Shown here: positions 10,281-26,211 of the stretch, piece after piece
Numbering within the stretch: the first letter of the stretch is position 1
Layout: every line of letters begins with the position of its first letter
Assembly (NCBI GenBank): GCA_014905635.1
Contig: JABVCE010000011.1
Span: 1,240,001-1,281,093, forward strand
Direction: 5' to 3'
Source: Scenedesmus sp. PABB004
Lineage: Eukaryota
Length of the DNA: 41,093 nucleotides
Notes under the pieces: generated by a model
The model's input: the letters and a program-made list of their open reading frames with translations, nothing else
What the model was told of the DNA's origin: nothing
Databases searched by the model: none
Translations under genes and position numbers: made by a program

Positions 10281-12357
10281 GCATCGTCAGCTGCTCGCCC
10301 TGCTGCTGCGCCGCCGTCGCGGCGGCGCTCACCTGCTGCGCGTGGTCCTGCTGCTGCTGCTGCTGCAGCAGCAGCTGCTGCAGCGCGCCCGCCTGCTGCT
10401 GCCGCTCCGCCGCGAGCTGCTGCAGCGCGAGCTGCTGCTGCGCCGCCGCCGCCGCCGCCGCGGCGGGCAGCAGCGACTGCAGCGACTGCTGCAGCGCCGC
10501 CGCGACCGCGGGCGGCGGCTTCGCGACGCCCTGGGCCTCATACTGCACCGTCAGCCCGTCCCTGTCCTTGGTCAGGCCCTCCACGTAGCGCCCGTTCAGC
10601 CACGCGATCGCGCGGCCCGCCTCCTCGGGGGTCGTGTAGGAGATGAACGCAAACTCGCGGTTCACCCGCTTGCCCTTGGCGAGCAGCTTGGTGTTCCACA
10701 TCACCTGCGGCGGCGGCGGCGGGGCGGCGCGCGGGGTGATGGTGGTGCGGTGCACGGCGGCGGCGAGCGAGCGGCGGCAGCGCGCCGTGTGGCGGCGCGA
10801 TGCCGGCGTGCGCACGGGCGTGCGGGCAGCGCGGCGCGGCGCACCTGGGCGTCCATGATGGTGCCATACTCCCCAAACACGCGCTGCAGCATCTCCTCGT
10901 CGACCCACCTGCCGGGCGGGCGGGCGGGCGTCAGCACGGCGAGCCAGGCGGGGCGGCGCGGCGCAGCGGCGGCAGCGGCGACGGCGGCGGCGCGCACCAG
11001 CCAATGTTGCCGACAAACACGCGGCGCCAGTCGGGCGCCTCGTCCGAGGAGCGCGAGGGCCGTGGCGCGGGCGCGGCGCCGGCGCCGGCGCCGGGGCGCG
11101 CGCGCTCGCCGCCCTTGCGCGCGTCGCGCGGGCCGGAGGGATAGGCGTCGGTGCCGCGGCTGCTGCGCCGGCTGGACGCGCTGCTGCTGCTCGACCCCGG
11201 CAGGCTGCCGGCGTGCTTGCCGCCAGCCGGCGGCGCGCCGCCGAGGCGGCCCGGCGCCCAGTGCTGCTGCTGCTGCTGCTGCTGCTGCTGCATGGCCGCG
11301 GCCGTCGCGGCCGCGGCCGCCGCCTGCGCCATGAGCAGCTGCTGGGCGTAGGCGTTGTAGGGCTGCTGCAGCGACTGCATCAGCTGCGCCTGCTGGTACG
11401 CCTGCAGCTCGGCCTGCGCCTGCAGGTTGAGGCTGGCCAGCGCCTGCGCCTGCAGCGCCGCCTGGCCGCCCTCCAGCGCGCCGCCGGCCGCGGGCGCCGC
11501 GCCGCCGGACGGGTCCCAGGCCCCGCCCGGCGTCGCGGGGCCGAGCGCGCCGGCGCCGCCGGCCATGAGCATCGCCGCGACTGAGGGGTCCTTCACCCCC
11601 AGGGCGCTCATCATGGCCAGCAGCTGCTGCTGCTCCGCCGCCTGGCCCGCGGCGGCCGCCGCGGCGCTGCTGCCCGCGCCGGCGCTGCCAAAGCCGCCGC
11701 CCGCGGCGACCGCCTGCTGCGCCTGCAGCTGCTGCTGCAGCAGGAACAGCTGCTCGGGCGACGCCTGCTCGGCGCCGCCGTGATGCTGCTGCTGCAGCAG
11801 CGCCTGCAGCGCCACGCTGTACTGGTCGGCGCCGCCGCCGCCGCCGCCGCCGCCCATCACGTCTCGATCAAACGGCGACGTCGGCGCGCCGGGTGTGCCC
11901 GGCGGCGGCGGCCCGCTACCGCCGCAGCTGCCGCCGCCGCCGGGCAGCAGCGCGGGGAAGGCGCCGCCGCCCGCGGAGCTCAGGTCCTGCGGCGAGAGGC
12001 TGCCGACCGTCAGCGTGCCCGCCGTGTCGGCCACGAGGCCGCCCAGGCCCGGCGAGCCGAGCTGCAGCCCGCCGCCGCCGGGCTCGAGGCCGCCCGGCGA
12101 CATGAGGCCCGAGAGCCGGGCGGCGCCGCCGCCTGCACCGACAGCGACGGCAGCAGCCCGCCGCCCTGCGCCGGCCCGAGGCCGGGGGACGCGGGGAAGC
12201 CCGGCAGCAGGCCGGGCGGGCTGGCGCTGCCCGCCTGCAGCCGCGCGTCGTAGCCCGCGGCGCTCGCCGGGCGCCCGCCGCCCGCGGAGCTGCCCGGGCG
12301 CTGCGGCGCGCCGCCCGCCGGCCCGGCGTCGCCGCCCTCGCCCAGCGCCAGCCACCG

Positions 12358-12403
<46 letters not shown>

Positions 12404-13266
12404 AGCGCCGCGGTCAGGCCGCCCGCCGCCGCGGGGCCGGCGGGCCAGCCGTGCTCGTCGCTGCCCGCCGGCGGCTGCGGGTACGCGCTGGGCCACGACG
12501 CGCGCGGCGGGCGCCGCGCGCCCTCGGGCACCTGCGTCAGCGGCGCGCCCAGCTCCACCGACGACGGCACGCTCACGCGCGGCTGGCGCGGCGGCGGCGG
12601 CGGCTCGTCCGGGGCCGCCGCCGCGCCCGTGCCCGCCGCGGTCGGCGTGCGCGGCTGCGCCGCCGCGTGCAGCTGCTGCAGCAGCTGCCCGCCCAGGAGC
12701 GCCTGCAGCGTGCTCTCGTAGCTGGCCAGCGACTGCTTCACCGCCGCGAGCTCCGCCTGCAGCGCGCCGATCTGGCCCTCAGACGCGCCGCCGCCGGCGC
12801 TGGCGGCCCCGTCGGGCGGCCCCGGCCCGTGCTGTGCGGGCGCGGCGCCGGCCTCCGGCACCTGCCGCGGCGCGGGGGTGGGCGGGGGGTGCGGCGGGAG
12901 CGCGTGAGTGCCCCGCCGCGCGTGAGGCCGGGGGCGCGTTGCATGCGGCGAGCAGCAAGGCCCGCCGCGGGGCCGCCCGGGGCCGAGGCCGCGCCGCGCG
13001 CCGCGCCGCACCTCCGGCGCCGGTGCCGGCCCGCCAGGGCCCGGCTGCGGCCCGCCGGCGTGCTCTGCGGCGCGGGGCGGGCGGGCGGTGGTGGGCGGCC
13101 GCCCCGCGGGCGCAGGCGCGCCGGCACGCCGCCCTACGGCATGGCCGTCGCGATCGCCGGCGCACGGCGCGCCCCGGGGAGCCGCAGCGCCAGGGGCGGC
13201 GCGCGCCAGTGCCGGGCGCCGGCCAGCGCCGCGCGCGGGCGCACCATCGTTCTCAGACGCCTCCAT
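10156..13266 (-). CDS. Single-RRM RNA-binding protein with long Gln/Ala/Gly low-complexity regions (paralog A)
   Basis: Exons approx. 13266-13012, 12861-10998 (one apparent 1-nt frameshift near 12116), 10908-10845 and 10704-10156. RRM: RVFVGNIGWWVDEEMLQRVFGEYGTIMDAQVMWNTKLLAKGKRVNREFAFISYTTPEEAGRAIAWLNG. (CAG)n polyQ tracts lie near 10243-10278 and 12356-12403. Both termini are less certain than the RRM. Confidence 0.8.
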
Positions 13267-14259
13267 CACACCCTCCCATGAGCGCCGGAAGCTGGTGACG
13301 CGTGTCCCGCTGCCCCCCAGGGTCGCGCACCCCGTCGAGCCGGGCGGGGGCGCTGCTCCTCTGCCGCGTCAGCAGAGAGAGCCTGTGGTCGTGGCCCGAT
13401 CGTGCTCTGCGCGCCGGGGCGGGGCGCGGCGCGAGGCGAGCGGCGGCGGCGGGGCGGGCGCCGGCGAAACCCCTCCGCCCGCTCGGCCGCCGCCGCCGCG
13501 AGGTGCCCGTGAGTCGCGCCCGCCACCGGCCACGCTCGACACACACCTGCCGCTCCACCGCACGAGCGAGGCCGCCACACACGGCCGGGCGCGCGCGCCT
13601 GCACCGCCGCTCCTGCACCGCCGCGCGCCGCGCGTGCCGCCGCCGCCCCAGGCCCTGGCGCCCGGGTTGCCCTGGTCGCCGCAGTCCCTCGCTCGCAGCC
13701 AGGACGAGCAGCGAGAGAGGACGTGGAGGCGCGTGGCAGGCGAGGCGCGGACCCACCCCCGCATACTCCGACCTCCTCGGGCGCCCAGTGCGGGGCGCTG
13801 TCCAGCAGGTGCGGCCACGGAGAGGCATGACAGGGGCCTCCCACGCAGCTGGGCGCCGCGGCGCGCCGGCACGACGCGCGGCGCGCCCGGGCGAGGCGCC
13901 GGAGGTCTGGCGCGCGGGCGTTCGCTGGGCCGCGAGCAGCCCCGCCGGTGCTGGCGCCCCCAGCGTGCGCATGTCGCTGTCTTGCGGCGATCACAGCAGC
14001 TGACGCCAGCGGCGTCCCGTTTTGGGCGCTGGGCAGTGGCCATCACTCTCTCCGCGTGCAGAGCGGGGTCGCCCCTGCCGCCGCCCGCCCCCCGGTCTGG
14101 CCCGGGCGCACCGACCAACCGCCGACCCACCGCCGCGTCGCCGCCGCTCGCCGCAGGTGCCGCGGACCGGCTGCGCGCGCGCAGCGCGGCGCGCGACCTC
14201 CGTCGCGCGGGACCGCCTGGGGCGGCGGAGCCGCAGCGGCCGCAGCGCGCGCGGGGCCG

Positions 14260-17080
14260 ATGTACGCCCTGGGCAGCAGCGGCGGGGCCGCCGACGGCGG
14301 CCTGGGCGGCGGCGCGGCCTGGGGCGGCTTCGCCGGCGCGCCGCCCGCCACGCCGCCGCGTCACCTGAGCGGCGGCGCGCTCGCGGCGCACCAGGCCGCC
14401 GCCGCGGCGCGCCGGCAGGCGCAGGCCGACTTTGACGCCGCGTTTGGTGGCGGCGCGGCGACGCCGACGCAGCGTGCGACGGCGGCGGCGGCGGCGGCGG
14501 CCCAGCAGCAGCGGCGCCGCGCCTCGCACGGCGGCGGCGGCGGCGCCGAGCTGTTTGCGATGTCGCCGGAGGAGGGGCTGCTGCTGGCGGGCTGCCTCGA
14601 CGACGCCGAGCCCGGCGCGCCCAGCTCGCCGCTCTTTGGCGGCGGCCACGGCGGGGCCGTGCACTGCCTGCTGCAGCAGCAGCACGGCGCGCTGCGCCGC
14701 GCGGCAGCCAAGGACGCGGCGGCGGGCCGGCTGTGCAGCAGCCTGCCCGCGGCGGCGGCGGCCGACCACGACCACGCGCGCAGCCTGGAGCAGCTGCTCG
14801 CGACCGAGCTGGCGGCGCGGCGCCGCGCGGACTGGCGGCTGGGCACCGACGTGGCGGCCGACGCCGCGGCGGCGCCCTGCGACGGCGGCGCGCTGTCGGA
14901 GCTGCTGTCGCAGCTGCACCCCCAGGAGCTCGCGGCAGCGCTGCAGGCGCCGCCGCCCCAGCGCGCGCCGGGCGGCGCCGCCGACTGGCTGCACCAGCAG
15001 GCGGTCGCAGCCGCGGGCGGCGCGCTCGGGGGCACGGGCGGCGGGGGCATGTCGGGCCTGCTGCTGCAGGCGTCCGTGCCGTCCACGCCCACCGCGGCCG
15101 ACTGGGCGGGCGCGGCGAGCGGCCTGCCCGCGGCGCAGCAGCAGCTGGTGGAGCAGCTGCAGCTCCAGGCCGCGCTCGCCGCGCAGCAGGCGGTCACGGG
15201 CAGCGTGCCCGGCGCCTCGGCCTACGCCAGCCTGCTGTCGGCGATGCTGCAGCAGCCGCTGGAGCAGCAGTCGCTGCTGCTGCACGCGGCGCAGCAGCAG
15301 GCCCTGGCGCAGCAGAGCGCCGCGCTCGCGCTCGCGCTCGGCGCGTGCGGCGGCGCCGGCGCGCCGCTGGCCGCCAGCCTGCCGGCGTCGCTGGGCGGGC
15401 TGCAGCAGCTGCTCGGCGGCAGCCCGGGCGGGCACTGGGGCAGCGTGGGCTCGCCGCCCGCGGCGAGCCCCCTGGCGGCGGCGCTCGACGCGCAGCAGGC
15501 GCAGCTGGCGAGCGCGCTGCAGCACGCCGCCCTGGCGACGGGGCAGCAGGGGGCCTCTCGGCTGTTGTGCGGCTCGACCCCCGCCTCGCGGCGGGGGCGC
15601 TGCAGGCGGGCCAGTCGCTGGTGGGCTCCTGGCCTGGCAGCGCCGCCGGCTTCCCCGTGCCCTCGCTGTCGCGCCTGGGCCACCAGCAGCCCAGCGGCAC
15701 GTCGCCGAGCGGCGGCCTGGTCGCCGCCAAGGGCGGCCGCCGCAGCCGCACTGGCGCACGCCTGAGCAGCAGCTCCGGCTGCGCGACCACGCCGCACGCT
15801 GCCGCCGCGCCAGAGGCCGGCGGCGGCCCGACGAGCGGCGGCGGCGGCGCGCCCAGCGCGGCGGGCAGCGAGCCCGGCGGCGGTGCGGCGGCCACCGCCG
15901 CCGCGGTCGCCGCGCTCGGGCTGTCGGCGCAGGACCTGTGCCAGAGCGGTTTCGAGGAGTTTTGGGGCCCGGCCAGCGAGCCCGAGGCGGGCACAGAGGC
16001 AGCGGGCCCCAGCCCGGCCGGCAGCGTCGGCACGGCGAGCTGCGCCAGCGACGTCGCCTCGATGCTGGGCGGCGCGACGCCCGTGTACAGCGTCAGCGGC
16101 AGCGGCAGCAGCAGCGGCGGCAGTGCAGCCGCGGCGGCCGACGACTGCGCCAGCAGCGGCCCCAGCAGTGGGACGGGCTGCGGGCTCGGCGGCTGGCAGT
16201 GGGACGAGGAGGAGGGCGCCGCTGGCAGCGGCGCGGCGCGCGCGCCCAGCAGCGCCGCCGCCAGCCCCGGCGAGCCCGACGCCGTCAAGGGCCACGGCCG
16301 CGACCAGGACCCGCCCGCCGCCGCGCGGCGCGCCGGCAAGGACGGCGCGCCGCCGCCGCCGCCGCCGCCCGACGCCGCCGGCGGCGGCGGCCCGCGTGGC
16401 GCCGCGGGCAGCCTCGCCGGCGGCTGGTCGGTGTGGTGGCCGGGCGCCGGCGGCGGCGCCCCCGGCGACGCGGGGTGGTACCTCCGGGAGCCGGGCACGT
16501 GCCGGCTGTTTGTCGGCAACATCGGCAGCTGGGTGGACGAGGCGCTGCTGCTGGCGTACTTTGGCCGGTACGGCGACGTCGTGGACGTGCAGGTGTGTGT
16601 GTTTTGTGTGTGCGCGCGCGCGGGGGATGGGACGTTGACGTGCCAGGGCTGGTGCTCAGCCGGCGGCCCGCCCGCTGAGCCGGGCGCCGGCGGCCGGGCA
16701 GGGGGCCCGGGGGCCGCGGCGGCGCGGCGCGGCGCCCTGCCCGCGCCCGCGCCGCCGCCGACGCTGCCGCCGCCGCCGTCACTGCCGCCGCCCCGCACCG
16801 CCGCACCACCACCCACCGCCGCCGCCGCCGCCGCCCCGCACCGCCGCTGCCACCACGCACCACCACGCACCGCCGCCAGGTGATGTGGAACACCAAGATG
16901 CTTGCCCGCGGGCGGCGCGTGAACCGCGAGTTTGCGTTCATCTCCTACGCTGCGCCGCGGCAGGCCGCCGCCGCGGTGCACTGGCTCGACGGCTGCCGCC
17001 TGCCCGACATGGAGAAAGACGCCGGCGGCATCACGGTGGAGTATGAGAACGGCGACGCGGAGCAGCCGCCGCCCGCGTGA
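14260..17080 (+). CDS. Single-RRM RNA-binding protein with C-terminal RRM (paralog B)
   Basis: Long exon 14260-16592 (apparent 1-nt frameshift near the G run at ~15550), intron 16593-16879, last exon 16880-17080. RRM: RLFVGNIGSWVDEALLLAYFGRYGDVVDVQVMWNTKMLARGRRVNREFAFISY. The start codon is tentative. Confidence 0.8.
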
Positions 17081-18088
17081 GGCGCCGCGCGGGCGACGGC
17101 CGGGGGCGGGTGGCTGAGGGGGCGCCGCCAGTTGCGGCGTTGAGACAGCGGCGCCCGGCGCCGGGCGGCAGCGTGTTGTTGTCAGGGAAGGCCACGGCGT
17201 GCGTGGTGAGGGGCTGAGCGAGGGTCCCTGCCTTGCCTTGCCCGCGCGCTCGCTTGAGTGCGGCCCGAGAGAGTGTTGCTTGGCGGCGGCGCGCGCGCGC
17301 CGCGTGTACTCTAGCGCCCCGCGTGGGCGCCCCCATCTCTGTGCTGCGGGGCCGCCGCCAGGGGCCGCCCTCTGGCGGCGCCCGCCCAGCAGCGGCGGCG
17401 GGTGCTGCTTGCTGCTTGCACGACTACTATCCGTCTGGCGGTTGAGGGCTGGGGCAGGGCCGCGCCCGCAGACCGGGCGCGACGAGAGGGGAGAGGGAGT
17501 GGCGGTCGGGGGCGGGGGTGGCGCGCGCGCGCGCGCGCGCGCCCCCGCTCGCCGCAGGGCCCGCGCCGGCGTCGCTGCGCGCCTCCCAAGGCGGTGCGGC
17601 CCCGGCGCGGGCGCCCGCCGATTTTCCGCGGTCGGCATGAGCCTCGTGTCGTTGCATCCTTTTGGCGCGTGCCACACACCAGCATTCGGCTGCCCCCAGC
17701 GGGCCCGCGGCTGCGCGCGAGCGAGCCCTCCGCACTGATCCTTTGAGCTCGCCAGCGATGGCGCAAGCAGGCGAGATATCTACTACGACGACGGAAAAAT
17801 GGGGGGATCAAAAGGCAGCGCGGCTGTCCCGGCGGCGCGGCCGCGGCGCAGGGTCTGGCCCCGCGCCGACAACGCGCGCGGAATCGGTGTGCCATAGTCC
17901 AGGCGGCGGCGTTGCCGACTTGAGTGTTGCTGACTGCTGTCGTCGTGTGGCGCGGCGGTGTGTCGGGCCGCGCGTGATCAGGTGTTTGCACCCTGCTGCT
18001 ACTAGAGTTGCGGTCGTCGTCGTCGTCGTTGGTCGTTTGGTCGTGTGACAAGGCTGATTGAGCGCCCGCTCGCTCACTCGCCCGCCGC

Positions 18089-18254
18089 TCACTCGCCGCC
18101 GGCGCGCGGCTTGGGCGCGCCGCCCTTTCGCCGCTTTGTGCCGGCCGCGCCGCCCGCGTTGGCGCCACCCTGCTGCTGCTTGCTGCCGCGCTTGCGCGCC
18201 TTGCCGCCGTCGCCGCCCGCGCCGCCGCCGTCGCCGCCCGCGGGCTCGCCGGCC

Positions 18255-18288
<34 letters not shown>

Positions 18289-19955
18289 TGGTCGCGCCGC
18301 CGCCGCGCACCGGCAGCCAGCACACGGCGGTGAGCTGCTGCTTGAGGTACGCCCGCGCCAGGCCCGCGCTGGCGGCGCCGGCCGTGCCATGCACGCGCAC
18401 GAAACGGTCGAGGCCGGCCGAGGCGATGACCGGCTCGCCGCCCGGGTGCAGCACGAGGCCGCGCACCGAGCCGCCCGCGCCCTTGAGCGCGTGCGACAGC
18501 TTGCGCGTCGCCAGCTCCAGCGCGCGCACGTGCCCCGTGCCGTTGGCGGCCCACACGCGGGCCCCTGCGCGGGCGCGGGGCGGCGGCGGCGCGCGCTCGG
18601 CGAGTCCCAGGCGCACGCGCGCCGCGCCACACCGCCCGCCCCGCCCTGCCCCGTCCGCGCCGCTCACCGGACGGCTCCGGCGCGAGCGCCGTCACGCGCG
18701 TCTCGCCAAAGGTAACCTCCAGCTGCGGCCGCCGCCCCGCCGCGGTGTCGTACACGTGCACCTTGCTCGACGCGTTGCCCGCGACAAAGCGCAGCGCCGG
18801 CGCCGGCGCCGCGCCGCCGCCGCCGGCCTCGGCTGCAGCGGCGGCGCCCGGCGCCGCCGGCAGGCACGCGAGCGCCGTGGTGAAGGCCCTGTCGACCAGG
18901 CCCAGCATGTCTGGCTTGCCGCCCTTGGCCTGCCACAGCCGCGCGCCGGTCGAGAGGTCCCACACGCTCGGCTGGATCCCCTCGCCGCCGACGACGAGGT
19001 GCCGCCCCGACGCGTCCACCGACTGCGACGCGCAACGGCGGGGGTCGGCGGGCCGCGGCGCGCGACGACGGCGCCGCGCGGCAGCAGCCCCGCCGCGCGC
19101 GCAGCTGCTGGCAAGCTGCTGGCACGCAGCCGCCCGTCGCACCATGCAGGTGACGCTGCCGCCCGCCTGGAAGCTGCGCGCCACGCCCCAGCCGCCGCTG
19201 CCGCCGCCGGCCGCGGCGTCGCTGCAGGTGCACACGCTGACCATGCCGTCCGACGCCGCCGCCACCAGCTGCAGCGGCCTGCGAGGGGCGGCGACGGCCT
19301 CGGCACCTGCGCTCGGCCGGCCGCGCAGCGTGCGGCGCGCTGCCGCCGCCCCAGGCACGGTGCGCACGCACCGGTCGCCGTCCGGCTGCACGAACGCCAC
19401 CGCTGCGAGCTGCACCTTGGCAGCTGCCGCGCGGTCGGCGGGCGGCCTGTCTGGCGTGGCCACGCTCAGCGCGGCTACCGTCGCGCCACTGCCGGCGTCC
19501 AGCAGCTCCACGCGCCGGCCCTTGCGCCCCACCGCCACCAGCCCGGGCGCGCCCGGCTCCAGGCTGGCCGCCGAGCAGGCCAAGCAGGTCGCGCCGGCGT
19601 CCTTGTTGGGCTCGCCCCTGCGCAAGCAGCACGGCGCGGCGCAGTGGCGCGGCTGCAGCTGCCAAGGCGGCTCGCCGCTCGTCGCGCCGGCGGGGTGCGT
19701 GCGCCGGCCGCCGCCCGCCCAGCGGCGCGCGCGCCTCCGCACCACTTGCCAACCACCGCCGCGTCCGCCCACTTGGGCCCGTGCGGCACCTCCACGACTG
19801 CGGGCGGCGGCCGCTCGCGTGAGCAGCGGCGCGCGCCGGCGCCGGCGGCAGCGGCGTGCGCCGGGCCGCCGTTCACCTCTCAGCACGCCCAGATCGTCCG
19901 CCGCAAGCAGCCTGTACGCGGGCGGCGGCGGCGGCTTGGCCCCGGCGGCGGCCAT
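18089..19955 (-). CDS. WDR74: WD-repeat ribosome biogenesis factor WDR74/NSA1, about 6 exons
   Basis: Spliced product contains YRLLAADDLGVLRVVE, LVVGGEG..VWDL..LWQAK..KPDMLGL, VHVYDTAAGRRPQLEV, LKGAGGSVR..HP..IASAGLDRFVRVH and YLKQQL, which match the NSA1/WDR74 family. The C-terminal tail is basic. Confidence 0.9.
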
Positions 19956-20624
19956 CGCCGGCGGCGGCTGCGCTGCAGCGCGGGGCGGCGCGTGCGTGCC
20001 GGCGCGCGCGTGCTGGCAGGGCTGCGCGACTTCGGGAGGTAGGCGGGGAGTGCTAGCTCGCTTCGCGCCACGCCCCGCAGCCTGCACTGCACGGCAGGCG
20101 ACGCGAGCGGGCGGCGCGTCAGATAACAGCGCCTGTCCGCGTGCTGCGGCGCCGGCGCGACGCGCAGCGCGCGCCCCTGGTCACTTCGGCTCACGACGAC
20201 GGAACGCGGTGCCGCAGGCTGCTGAACGGGCCCTCCCTGCCCTGACGCGCACGAGCGATGCTGCTGCCCCGCGCGCTGCTGGCGCAGGCGGGCTGCCTGC
20301 CGGGCTGGGGAGCCGTGGTGGCGCAGCCAGGGGTCGTTCAGTGCGGCTGGCGTGCAGCGGCAGAGGCCCGGCGGCGCCTACACTGCAGCGGCGCCGCGGC
20401 AGCAGCGGGTGCGGCGTGCTGCATGCGGCGGCAGAGAGGGAGGGCCGCCGGCCGCCGCCTCTTTCCCACGCTGAGCTCCCGGCCTGCCGCCCACAGACGA
20501 CGACGCGGCAGCAGCAGACGCGGCAGCAGACGCGGAGAGCGCGGAGCAGCCGGCGAGCAGCAGCGGCGGCGGCGACGATGCCGACGCCGCGGCGCCGGGC
20601 GCGCGGCGCTGGCGGGCGCGGCAC

Positions 20625-21124
20625 ATGAGCCTGGACGACCCGGAGCTCAACATTTACCTCAGGCGCGCGCGGCGGCGCAGCGGCGGGCGGGCGGCGAGCG
20701 GCAGCTCACACGCGCCGCTCACGCGCGGCGCGCCCGCCGCCGCAGGCACAACACTGAGCTGGTGACAGACCCGGACCGCTCGTACGCGATTGGGCAGGCG
20801 CAGGCGCTCGAGCGCAAGACGCGGCAAGGTGCGTGCGACGCGGCGGGCGCGCGCGACGCGGCGCCCTCGCTCGACGCGGCGCCCGCGCTCGACGCGGCGC
20901 CCGCACCGCGCCCTGGCTCAGCAGCCCTGCCCACGCCGGCGCGCGTGCCGCACTGCCGCGCAGAGCTGCGCAAGGCGCTGGCGGCGCAGCGCCTGCACCT
21001 CGCGGACGCGGCCGCAGCGGCGGCGGCGGGCCCCGCCGGCGGCGCAAAGCAGCTGCCGATGCGTGAGCAGATGCTCGCGGCGCTGGCGGCGATGCGGGAG
21101 CACGCGGGCGGCGGCGGCCGGTAG
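20625..21124 (+). CDS. Small (~90 aa) three-exon protein of unknown function
   Basis: Exons 20625-20662, 20746-20828 and 20964-21124 splice in frame to MSLDDPELNIYLRHNTELVTDPDRSYAIGQAQALERKTRQELRKALAAQRLHLAD...MREQMLAALAAMREHAGGGGR*. Codon usage is coding-like and a TGTAA follows at 21348. Confidence 0.65.
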
Positions 21125-21347
21125 CGCGCCGTGCAGCCGGGCCCCGCAGCCTCGCAGTGTGCGGGGCGGGGGAGGGGTGGTGTGGGGCGCCTGCGGTGCG
21201 TGGCGGCAGGCGCACGTCACTGCACGACGCGGGCAGGCCTCGGCGCCGGAGCGTCCCCGCGGCGCGCCTGCGGCGCGCGCACGGCAGCGGCCAGCCGCGC
21301 GCGGCGCCGCGGCCGCACGAACCACGCACCCGGGGGCCCGCGGCGGC

Positions 21348-21352
21348 TGTAA
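21348..21352 (+). promoter_or_regulatory. TGTAA polyadenylation signal of the small + strand gene
   Basis: Canonical chlorophyte signal ~225 nt after the stop at 21124. Confidence 0.6.
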
Positions 21353-21410
21353 CGCCTTGCCGGCGGCGGCCGTTTTGTCGCTGTAGGGGGTGCGGTCGGC
21401 GCGGCGCGCC

Positions 21411-22010
21411 TCATCGCTCCTCCGCGCCGGCGCCGCCGCGGCGCGGCGCGGCGCGCGCCAGGCTGGGGAAGGCGCTGCCTGGCCCCGCGTCCGTGAAGAA
21501 CGGCGCGGCCGCCGGGTTGGCCGCGACCGCCGCCGCCGCAAAGCCGGGCTCCGCGAGCAGGCCGCCGTCCGCCGCCGCGGCGGCCGACGCGTCGGACGCG
21601 ATCACCGACAACATGAAGGCCCGATCGCGCAGCAGCTCCGGGGCGGCCAGCGCGAGCGCGGCGCCGTCGCGGCGCACCGCGTCGAGCACCAGCGCAGCGT
21701 CGCGCCGCAGCGCCGCGTCGGCGTGCTGCAGCGCAAACGGGTCGCTCCGCACCGCCGCCGCCACGATGCCCCGGTCGCGCCGCAGCGCCGGCGACGCGAG
21801 CGCCAGCGCGCCGCCCGCCGACGACACGGCGGCGGCCACGACCTGCGCGTCGCCGGCCCACTGCGGCTCGAGCAGCTCCAGCGCCCAGCCGTCGCGCGCG
21901 AGCGCGGACAGAACGTACGCCCGGGCGCTGGGCGAGCCCCAGGTCACGCAGTACTGCAGCAGCGCGCTGGGAGTGAGCGCGTCGTCGCGGCCGGCGTCGT
22001 GCTGCGCCAT
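21411..22010 (-). CDS. Intronless DUF4116-like repeat protein (199 aa)
   Basis: About four to five ~25-aa repeats of type LRxDRxxVxxAVxxDGxALxxAxxx (e.g. LRRDRGIVAAAVRSDPFALQHADAA, LRRDAALVLDAVRRDGAALALAAPE), typical of DUF4116. Confidence 0.85.
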   Translation of the reverse strand: MAQHDAGRDDALTPSALLQYCVTWGSPSARAYVLSALARDGWALELLEPQWAGDAQVVAAAVSSAGGALALASPALRRDRGIVAAAVRSDPFALQHADAALRRDAALVLDAVRRDGAALALAAPELLRDRAFMLSVIASDASAAAAADGGLLAEPGFAAAAVAANPAAAPFFTDAGPGSAFPSLARAAPRRGGAGAEER

Positions 22011-22025
22011 GCGCCGGCAGCAGCG

Positions 22026-22056
<31 letters not shown>

Positions 22057-22257
22057 GGCGGCGGCGGCGCCCGTGAGGCCACCCCCAGGCCCAGGCCCGG
22101 GTCCCACCGCCCAGGAGGAATGGCCGTGCCGAGCGGGGAGCACAGAGGGCGCTTCACGAGCCCGCGAGGTGACGCGGTTCAAAAACTGCGCGCCGCTCGT
22201 TGTTCCACTTCGCGCGCTGGAGCAGCGCCGCAGTGCGATCTCCCGTCACAGACCACC

Positions 22258-26163
<3,906 letters not shown>

Positions 26164-26211
26164 CGCGCGGCCGGCGCGGCGCGGCGCGGCACACGGGGCG
26201 CGCGCGCGCGG

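Noticed and set aside
10028..10588. Apparent Cys-rich, metallothionein-like ORFs (also 26396-27766 and 28546-29502)
   Set aside because: Poly-Cys arises from reading the antisense of (CAG)n polyQ codons.
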